A DNA stretch of 54,646 bases from a virus (taxonomy: Duplodnaviria; Caudoviricetes), in IMG/VR virus record IMGVR_UViG_3300028111_000008, positions 1 to 54,646 of that record. The stretch is one strand, 5' to 3'. The notes beneath the pieces are model-generated. The model searched no databases. It had not been told where the DNA came from and saw only the letters and a program-made list of their open reading frames with translations. Shown piece after piece: positions 1-6,456 of the stretch. Each line of letters starts with the position of its first letter. The first letter of the stretch is position 1. The translations under genes and the position numbers were made by a program.

Positions 1-70
1 TATTCATTTTATTGCTCTTTCTACTAAGTTAATTCTACTATTAGCACTCGTTAAAATGCTAATGTTAAAG

Positions 71-292
71 TTAACTATTCAAATAACCATTCATTCTATT
101 CTCAAAATCTTGTTTCATTTCTTTTATGGCTATATTCCAATCTTTATTTTGATCTAATGAATTAACAGTAAAGCAATCTATTTCTACAGCATCAACATTA
201 TTAAACAATTGCTCATAAACTGATATAAGCGTCCCTCCATGCCATTTATAAGAAAAACCGCTATCATCAAATTTTATTTCTGTATCAAACAT
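71..292 (-). CDS. Small early hypothetical protein (allele of 53757-53954)
   Basis: 73-aa ORF; its homologue in the right repeat differs by in-frame indels only. Confidence 0.8.
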   Translation of the reverse strand: MFDTEIKFDDSGFSYKWHGGTLISVYEQLFNNVDAVEIDCFTVNSLDQNKDWNIAIKEMKQDFENRMNGYLNS

Positions 293-510
293 TATGCTAT
301 TTCCTCTTCTAAGTTTTTATATGCGTTTGTAATTGCGTTTTTATCATCAGTTGTTTTGACTATTTTGATATGTTTCTTTTTAGTATTATAATGTGAGAAT
401 TCTATTTCTGTTTTTAAAGATGCTTTTGTGTAGTCTCCGAATTCATCAAACCATTTTTGGCTATCAGTGTCATAGACGAAAAGAATGTAATAAGGTTTTG
501 TTGTTGTCAT
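292..510 (-). CDS. Small early hypothetical protein (allele of 53957-54166)
   Basis: 72-aa ORF with AGGGA upstream; core identical to the right-hand copy. Confidence 0.8.
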   Translation of the reverse strand: MTTTKPYYILFVYDTDSQKWFDEFGDYTKASLKTEIEFSHYNTKKKHIKIVKTTDDKNAITNAYKNLEEEIA

Positions 511-543
511 AGCTAAATCCCTAAATAATTATTAATACATTAT

Positions 544-572
544 TCTATAAATTCATATTACACAAATAGCAA
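544..572 (-). promoter_or_regulatory. Putative sigma70-type early promoter
   Basis: TTGCTA-N17-TATAGA; the right copy (54332-54360) has TTGTCT-N17-TATAGA with a diverged spacer. Confidence 0.55.
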
Positions 573-758
573 TACATTTATTTTGATATCATTAAAATAT
601 ATTAATATTTATTTATACTATATAATAGAAATAAAAAAGTATTAGCATTCGTATTGAAAATTAACCGCTGAGAGGCGTTGAGTTTGTTTGTGTGGTTTAG
701 CCTATGGGAATAGCCTAGAGGCTGTCAGTGGCGTGTTCGCTGTTTGTTCCGAGGGGGG

Positions 759-843
759 TGTGGTAAAAATGTCACATTTCCAGGCGGTGTGGTATTTATG
801 CATCAATGTTACTAAAACGACACAGTGTTGCAAATATGTCGCA
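759..843. repeat. Array of four 18-bp TGT-N12-(A/T/G)CA boxes
   Basis: TGTGGTAAAAATGTCACA (759), TGTGGTATTTATGCATCA (788), TGTTACTAAAACGACACA (807), TGTTGCAAATATGTCGCA (826). Confidence 0.75.
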
Positions 844-956
844 AAAATACGCTTAAAACACCATTTATTGAAGCTGTATCAGTGCTTTTATGTAATGATT
901 ACAGTAACTTAGAGGTGTTTTGACCCTAGAAATATCTATTATTATTATTTTTAGAT

Positions 957-988
957 GGGTAGGCGTGGGACATAGGGGGGTTGGGGGG
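957..988 (+). other. G-tract cluster matching the G-quadruplex pattern
   Basis: GGG-N7-GGG-N5-GGGGGG-N2-GGGGGG in AT-rich non-coding DNA. Confidence 0.5.
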
Positions 989-1104
989 TACGTATATATG
1001 TATAAACACACAGAAGTGAATTTTGAGTTAGGTCCCCTCGTATACGCAGCCATACAAAAGTACAACATTCTAGAAAAAACTTACAACATAATGCATTTTA
1101 GGGG

Positions 1105-1133
1105 TTGACTAGGGTGTTTTTATGAGTATAACT
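1105..1133 (+). promoter_or_regulatory. Putative promoter of the rightward (late) arm
   Basis: TTGACT-N16-TATAACT; same architecture at 1395, 14569 and 42374(-). Confidence 0.65.
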
Positions 1134-1303
1134 GCGGAGCAGGAGCAGTATAGTTACACTTAAGTGTTTTAACTCTTAATAAAGTAATATATATAATAAA
1201 GTTTAAGTAGGATAAAGTTTTTACTTGTAAGTGTTACTGTGTTGCTGTATACTAATACGTATGTAACACACATAAAAGTAACAAACATAAGTGTTACACT
1301 ACT

Positions 1304-1373
1304 GTACGTGGCGTATATTGTGTGTATTTCCTCCTCATGTCTCCTCCCTCCTGCATGTAATTGCGTCACGTAC
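1304..1373 (+). ncRNA. Putative hairpin sRNA or leader with an anti-Shine-Dalgarno loop
   Basis: 1304-1326 pairs with 1352-1373 (about 22 bp with several G-U pairs); loop UUUCCUCCUCAUGUCUCCUCCCUCC. Confidence 0.6.
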
Positions 1374-1400
1374 CTCTTTCCTTAGAAAAAAGTATTGACA

Positions 1401-1661
1401 ATGCGTAACAAAAGAATACAACTATATGCATCAGAGAATGTTATAGAAGAGTTTTATGATGCTATAGCAGATAATGACGTAAGAAAACTACAGCGTGTAC
1501 ACATTCCTAAGTCTGATGTATTCTATGTAAGAACAGCTATAGAAGCAGACACTGGAGTGAGATACACTCTAGACCATGTAGAGAGAGCTATGTACCTTGA
1601 GGGTCACCTCACTAGATACGAAGTATTAGATCCTGATAGAGAACGTGACAATGTGGGTTAA
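1401..1661 (+). CDS. Hypothetical phage protein
   Basis: ORF, ATG at 1401 preferred; first gene of the + arm; overlaps the next gene. Confidence 0.7.
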   Translation: MRNKRIQLYASENVIEEFYDAIADNDVRKLQRVHIPKSDVFYVRTAIEADTGVRYTLDHVERAMYLEGHLTRYEVLDPDRERDNVG

Positions 1662-1860
1662 GCTAATCCTATTTGTGCTACTAGCAGGTTGTACCACTAT
1701 AACCTATACAGCATCCTGTCGTGTCGATGATGACGTATGCCAGAGAAACCAAAATGCTCAGACACTTGCTATTATCGGACAGGAAGACGCGGCTCTACAG
1801 CTACTATGTGAAGATAGTAGTATTCGTGACAGCTTTAGGGACGAGTGTAGGAGCGAATGA
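1651..1860 (+). CDS. Small lipoprotein
   Basis: MWVKLILFVLLAGC: hydrophobic signal with LAGC lipobox; four further Cys. Confidence 0.7.
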   Translation: MWVKLILFVLLAGCTTITYTASCRVDDDVCQRNQNAQTLAIIGQEDAALQLLCEDSSIRDSFRDECRSE

Positions 1861-2506
1861 TATTACTGGTGACTTCAGTAACAACTATCAGGATTCAACA
1901 GTAGATAGTAACAACACTGATGAGACTGTAACGAATAACTATAATGCTACTGGCGCTGGTTCAGCTGCCCCTGTAATGTCAGCTATAGCTCCTACAGTAA
2001 TGGGTGGCGGTGGTAACGACAGTTGCTTACTACCAAGTTCAACAGGGATACAGGTAAGCATACTAGGTTTATCTACTGGTACTATGACTCAGGATAAGTC
2101 TTGTAACCGTAGAAAGAATGCCAGGCTCTTAGGAGCACCACAGCAAGTAGGTGGATTAGGGCTACAGGTGAGTGCTATATCTATTTTGTGCCAAGACCCT
2201 GTAGTGTTTAGAAGTATGATGTTAGCGAATACGCCATGCCCTATCAACGATAGTAAGACAGGGAAGTTGCTAATGGGAAAAGCAGCGATAAATAAGTATA
2301 GAGAGAGTCCAACACTTTATATTGTTGGGTATGAGACAGACCAAGAATTTTGGAACACCCTGTTGAGGGTAGGAGAGGAAGATGAAGATGAAGAAACAGT
2401 TGAAGATGATGCTCCTAAGCTCAGCCTTAGTGAGCGTTTCCGCAGTAGCAAACGCAGAGTCACCAACACCACCCGAATACTCAATGACGGGACAGGAAAA
2501 GATTGA
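1754..2506 (+). CDS. Secreted or membrane-anchored Cys-containing protein (start uncertain: 1754 or GTG 1808)
   Basis: Hydrophobic VKIVVFVTALGTSVGA segment, Asn/Thr-rich linker, four Cys, acidic tail. Confidence 0.75.
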   Translation: MLRHLLLSDRKTRLYSYYVKIVVFVTALGTSVGANDITGDFSNNYQDSTVDSNNTDETVTNNYNATGAGSAAPVMSAIAPTVMGGGGNDSCLLPSSTGIQVSILGLSTGTMTQDKSCNRRKNARLLGAPQQVGGLGLQVSAISILCQDPVVFRSMMLANTPCPINDSKTGKLLMGKAAINKYRESPTLYIVGYETDQEFWNTLLRVGEEDEDEETVEDDAPKLSLSERFRSSKRRVTNTTRILNDGTGKD

Positions 2507-3224
2507 TGCACTTATAGCTTCTATCAGTGACATACAAGATCGTATAACTGAATCTGCTGTTATGACTGTAGGTGCTGTAGGTTATGCGGCTATCGGTGGT
2601 GTTATTAATGATGATACCTTTGACGATGGGCTTATTACTTCATCTGAGTTGAATGCTTACTTAGACGCTAAAGAACTTGTACTAAATCATGACTACGCTA
2701 TAGCTGAAACAGCTGAGCAGATGTTTATGCAAGAACATGCGGCTAACATGAATAGCTTAGATACAGCAGTGGACAACCTAGCTGCAGCAACAGCTATAGT
2801 TATGACAGCAGTTGAAGTAACCAGTATAGCAGCTGAGGCAGATACTAAGCCTGAGCAAGTTGAATTACAGGGTATGTTAGAAACAGATGCATACAGCCTT
2901 GACACAGCAGAAGTTAACGAGTATAATGAAGCTGTAGCCGCTGTAGAAACCTTCGCTCAACAGGCTGGTGCTTATATGGCAGCTGCAAACAATGATGATT
3001 TAACAGCTACTGTAGATAGCTATGCAGCAGCTAACAACTTTATGGTAGGTAGCTACACAGCAATTACATATACTCAGAATATAGATGAGTTTGTAATTAC
3101 TTGGGGTGATTCAAGTTTTGGTACAGGTTTCCAAGGATACCTAACACCTGATATGAAGAATGCTTCTGAGATATACGCTGCAGGTGAATACATAAACGAA
3201 TATGGAGCAATGCCAACACAATGA
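2382..3224 (+). CDS. Secreted acidic Ala-rich helical protein
   Basis: Sec-type signal MKKQLKMMLLSSALVSVSAVANA; GGAGAGGA RBS upstream. Confidence 0.8.
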   Translation: MKMKKQLKMMLLSSALVSVSAVANAESPTPPEYSMTGQEKIDALIASISDIQDRITESAVMTVGAVGYAAIGGVINDDTFDDGLITSSELNAYLDAKELVLNHDYAIAETAEQMFMQEHAANMNSLDTAVDNLAAATAIVMTAVEVTSIAAEADTKPEQVELQGMLETDAYSLDTAEVNEYNEAVAAVETFAQQAGAYMAAANNDDLTATVDSYAAANNFMVGSYTAITYTQNIDEFVITWGDSSFGTGFQGYLTPDMKNASEIYAAGEYINEYGAMPTQ

Positions 3225-3793
3225 GTTTTAGTATAGGCGGTTATAATATTAAAGGATGGATGATGGCAGTAGCTGTCCCTGTCCTATCAACTATTTCTGG
3301 TGGTATATACTTTGGTTATGACACCCTTAACCGTTTCTATGGTGTAGAAGCTGGTGTAGTAGAATCATTAGACCGTATAGGTACACTAGATGGTAAGACA
3401 GGTGCTATGGATAAACGCATAACATCTGTAGAAACTGTAGCCCAGCGCAACCTTACTGAAGTAGATAATGAGTTAAGCAGTGAGATTATAACGTTAGACT
3501 CTTTAATCCTAACTAATGTACAGGAGCTAGAAGGTAAACTCATAGTTCGTATACAAACGTTAGAACAAGCTATAGCTGATAATGATGTAAGAGGTTTAAA
3601 CCAGAAGCTTGCCCAGTTAACGACTAACATGCAGCAGATACTAGAACAACAGAAGCTACTACTAGACTTACGTAGTCAGGTAGATAAGGCTACAACTATA
3701 ACAGATGGATTAGGTGATACTCTAGATACACTACAAACTGAAGTAGATGATATTTGGAAAGCCTATGATGAATTAGCGGATAACCCTTTATAA
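3221..3793 (+). CDS. N-terminal transmembrane coiled-coil protein
   Basis: Hydrophobic residues 13-32 followed by a long heptad pattern; ATGA overlap with the previous gene. Confidence 0.8.
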   Translation: MSFSIGGYNIKGWMMAVAVPVLSTISGGIYFGYDTLNRFYGVEAGVVESLDRIGTLDGKTGAMDKRITSVETVAQRNLTEVDNELSSEIITLDSLILTNVQELEGKLIVRIQTLEQAIADNDVRGLNQKLAQLTTNMQQILEQQKLLLDLRSQVDKATTITDGLGDTLDTLQTEVDDIWKAYDELADNPL

Positions 3794-3805
3794 AGGTACT
3801 AAATA

Positions 3806-4090
3806 ATGGCAACAACTAAAAATGTAGAACGGTTACCTAGTGGTAAGTTAAAGTATAGAGGTGAAACTTTTCCTGGATACAACAAACCTAAGCGTACACC
3901 CAGTGCATCTAAGAAGTCTGCTGTATTAGCTAAGAAGGGTGATGAGGTAAAGATAGTACGTTTTGGTGATCAAAACATGTCTATAAAAAAAGATAACCCA
4001 GAAAGACGCAAGAGCTTTCGTGCACGTCATAAATGTGATACAGCTACAGATAAGTTTACGGCACGTTACTGGTCTTGTAAAGCGTGGTAA
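3806..4090 (+). CDS. Small basic conserved phage protein
   Basis: VRFGD...RRKSFRARHKC...RYWSCKAW motif, recalled from marine phage proteins; AAGG RBS. Confidence 0.75.
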   Translation: MATTKNVERLPSGKLKYRGETFPGYNKPKRTPSASKKSAVLAKKGDEVKIVRFGDQNMSIKKDNPERRKSFRARHKCDTATDKFTARYWSCKAW

Positions 4091-4092
4091 CA

Positions 4093-4266
4093 ATGACAAA
4101 GAAAACACCTACACCTACAGACACGAAGTTATATAACCAGAAGAAAGCTCTGGCTAAGAAGAAGTTTAAAGTATGGCCCAGCGCATATGCGTCTGCTTGG
4201 CTTACTAAGGAGTATAAAAAAGCTGGGGGTAAATATAGTGGCACAACAAAAAACAAGGTCACGTAG
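4093..4266 (+). CDS. Small basic protein (DUF5872-like N-terminal part)
   Basis: PSAYASAWLTKEYKKAGGKY motif. Confidence 0.6.
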   Translation: MTKKTPTPTDTKLYNQKKALAKKKFKVWPSAYASAWLTKEYKKAGGKYSGTTKNKVT

Positions 4267-4516
4267 TCAACACGTTCTTGTAGGGCGTAGAGGTTTTTCT
4301 AAAGGTGGTTTAGGTAAATGGTTCGGAGAGGAATGGACAGATGTTAAAACAGGTAAAAAATGCGGTAGGTCGGGTACTTCAGAAAGTGGTAGACCTTATC
4401 CTGCGTGTCGTCCCAAAAAAGTGGCGAGCAAAATAAGTAAGAAGGAAGCGGCTAAGAAGACAGGACCTGCTAAGGTTAAGTGGTCTACTACAGCCTCAGG
4501 GAGAAAAAGAACATGA
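4238..4516 (+). CDS. Small basic protein (DUF5872-like C-terminal part)
   Basis: GTG start; GLGKWFGEEWTDVKTGKKCGR...YPACRP motif. Confidence 0.6.
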   Translation: MAQQKTRSRSQHVLVGRRGFSKGGLGKWFGEEWTDVKTGKKCGRSGTSESGRPYPACRPKKVASKISKKEAAKKTGPAKVKWSTTASGRKRT

Positions 4517-4794
4517 AAAAGAAATGCCCTGTATGTAAAGGTAAAGGTTGCTCCCATTGTGGAGGCAAAGGATATCACACAAATATGAACAAAGGTGGAA
4601 TTATGAACAAAGGTATGAAAGCTCTTAAGAAAGAAGCACCTGCTGTAGCTAAGAAAATGGGTTACATGCATGGTGGTGATGCTAAGAAGATGGGTATGAG
4701 TTATGGTGGCATGACTAAGAAGCCTATGAAGATGAACAGAGGCGGTATGTGCGGTGCATCTAACCCAGCATCTAAGCCTATGAAAAGAGGTTAA
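4513..4794 (+). CDS. Met/Lys/Gly-rich basic protein with CxxCxGxG zinc knuckle and four [MY]xxGG repeats
   Basis: CPVCKGKGCSHCGGKG; MNKGG, YMHGG, MSYGG, MNRGG; ATGA overlap; GGGAG RBS. Confidence 0.7.
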   Translation: MKKKCPVCKGKGCSHCGGKGYHTNMNKGGIMNKGMKALKKEAPAVAKKMGYMHGGDAKKMGMSYGGMTKKPMKMNRGGMCGASNPASKPMKRG

Positions 4795-4798
4795 CTAG

Positions 4799-5089
4799 AT
4801 GAAGGTTTATGAAAAATATAAATCTGCTCTAGCTAAGCATGGCTACACAGTAGATGTAGATGGTTGTGTCTGGGATGAGCGAGGCAACCAAGCTGCTATG
4901 GAAGATAGATTTGGTAATGCTTTTTGTAATGATCCAAACGTAACAGATATTTGTAGAGCTGCTGAGGTGTCTAAGCCTAAGAAAAAGGCTAAAGCACCTG
5001 AGGGTAAGAAACGTGCTCGTACAGCTAAAGGTCACTACGTTAAGGATGATCCTAATACGCCAGAGAATGAAGCGTGGGTTGATGAGTAA
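4799..5089 (+). CDS. Hypothetical protein
   Basis: 96-aa ORF, GAGG RBS, tightly packed. Confidence 0.75.
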   Translation: MKVYEKYKSALAKHGYTVDVDGCVWDERGNQAAMEDRFGNAFCNDPNVTDICRAAEVSKPKKKAKAPEGKKRARTAKGHYVKDDPNTPENEAWVDE

Positions 5090-5451
5090 TGAGCTTAGTT
5101 AATCAGGGTAAATCATCACGTATTCGGTCTGTATACGGTCACAATACTGGTACAAGCACGGAAGATGTGTATACTTGCCCAGCTAACTGCGTTTCTGAAG
5201 TTACTTTTATACATATAGTTAATGGTCAAAGTAGTGGAACAAACACAGTTGATATAACTTGGTATGTAGCTGCTGATAATTACACCTCAAAGTTTTTAAA
5301 CGACAAAGGTGTAGCACATAATGAATCAGTTACTCACAATGATATAAATATAGTACTTCAGCCTGGTGATAAAATACAGGTAACTCCTTCTTCCTCTGGA
5401 CACATAGATACTATTGTTACAGTAACTGAGACCTTTTTACCTGTAGGTTAA
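5089..5451 (+). CDS. Hypothetical beta-rich protein, possibly virion decoration
   Basis: Thr/Val-rich 120 aa; TAATG coupling. Confidence 0.7.
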   Translation: MSLVNQGKSSRIRSVYGHNTGTSTEDVYTCPANCVSEVTFIHIVNGQSSGTNTVDITWYVAADNYTSKFLNDKGVAHNESVTHNDINIVLQPGDKIQVTPSSSGHIDTIVTVTETFLPVG

Positions 5452-5529
5452 CGGGTATGCATAAACAGATGTACTAAGTTATCACTAAATAAGTATAACT
5501 ATCTCCGCACACAAACAAAGGAGATAGTG

Positions 5530-5712
5530 ATGCTAAACTTTTTACAACGCGGCTTTAGGGCTGTACAAAGAACACAACAAGCAAGAGCAGATCTTTGGTT
5601 ACTTAACAATATGAGTGACAGAGATTTACACGACATAGGCATTAGCCGTGGCGAGATAAGAGAGCATATATATGGCGAGAAATCTAACCGAAAAACAAAA
5701 CAAGTTTCTTGA
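5530..5712 (+). CDS. DUF1127 (YjiS-like) small protein
   Basis: LNNMSDRDLHDIGISRGEI matches the LxxLsDxxLxDIGlxR signature; AAGGAG RBS; TATAACT at 5494. Confidence 0.85.
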   Translation: MLNFLQRGFRAVQRTQQARADLWLLNNMSDRDLHDIGISRGEIREHIYGEKSNRKTKQVS

Positions 5713-6040
5713 AGTATTATTCGACGAAGCTAATGGTGATGCTGTTACAGCTAAAAGGTTGGCAGGTTACGGGGACAACAGTAGCACTACAGCTATTGTT
5801 GAATCCCTAAAGGAGGAGATAGGCGAGAAGACTCGTACCTATTTTGCTCGTACTGCCCCTAAAGCTGCAGTTGCTATGGTAGGTGCTCTTTCTGATCCTA
5901 CTGAGCTAGGCATAAAAGAAAAAATGGTTGCAGCAAAAGACTTGCTAGACCGCGCTGGACTTGGTAAAGTAGATAAAGTGGATGTCACATCAAGCGGTGG
6001 CATCTTTTATCTACCACCAAAAGAAGGCACAAACGAATAA
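5672..6040 (+). CDS. Putative terminase small subunit
   Basis: LTEKQNKFLE...AKRLAGY helix-turn-helix N-terminus; AAKDLLDRAG; lies upstream of the large subunit. Confidence 0.65.
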   Translation: MARNLTEKQNKFLEVLFDEANGDAVTAKRLAGYGDNSSTTAIVESLKEEIGEKTRTYFARTAPKAAVAMVGALSDPTELGIKEKMVAAKDLLDRAGLGKVDKVDVTSSGGIFYLPPKEGTNE

Positions 6041-6456
6041 GTATTCCAACAAGAGACCTAGGATTCTGGCAATTACCAAAACCATCCAAGGGCAACGAAA
6101 AAGAATGGCACACGATAGTACGTGTAACCTCAAAGATACCGTGGGGGTATGTCCTAGCTCCAGATAATGACAAGCTTTTATTGCCTGTTCATCTGGAGCT
6201 TGAAGCTTTAGAGCTTGCAAAGAGGCATCTTAAACAGTATAGTTATCGTGCAGTAGCACAATGGCTGAGCAAAGAAACTGGTCGTTATATATCACATATG
6301 GGACTAAAGAAGAGAATCGAAGTTGAGCAAAAACGTAGAAAAGCATCTGCTATTAAACGCAAGCTTGCCAAGTGGCTCGAAGAAACCATTACGGAAATCG
6401 AAAAGCTCGAAACCCAAGGGGTCGGGGCATACAGAGATTCAAGCAAAAGCAGTTGA
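6037..6456 (+). CDS. Recombinase-domain-like DNA-binding protein (likely non-canonical ATA start)
   Basis: Frame of the listed 6181-6456 ORF is open back to 5977; contains IPWGY and SYRAVAQWL motifs. Confidence 0.6.
   Translation: MSIPTRDLGFWQLPKPSKGNEKEWHTIVRVTSKIPWGYVLAPDNDKLLLPVHLELEALELAKRHLKQYSYRAVAQWLSKETGRYISHMGLKKRIEVEQKRRKASAIKRKLAKWLEETITEIEKLETQGVGAYRDSSKSS

Larger units (their letters stand above)
1..831. repeat. Left copy of imperfect terminal direct repeat (partner 53687-54646)
   Basis: 1-81 is identical to 53687-53767 and 732-831 is identical to 54547-54646; the interior is a mosaic of identical and diverged blocks. Confidence 0.95.

Noticed and set aside
759-843. CRISPR-like mini-array
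   Set aside because: Units are degenerate 18-mers, mostly 1 bp apart, with no spacers. The Cas4-like nuclease is a normal replication-module gene.
1081-1108. dif-like site (TAA-N6-TTATGTT on the - strand)
   Set aside because: Only the XerD-like arm partly matches; the other arm is poor and overlaps a promoter -35.
688-1369. ORFs 688-912, 865-1068, 920-1108 and 1169-1369
   Set aside because: No convincing RBS or protein motifs; they overlie the regulatory repeats, G-tracts and hairpin.
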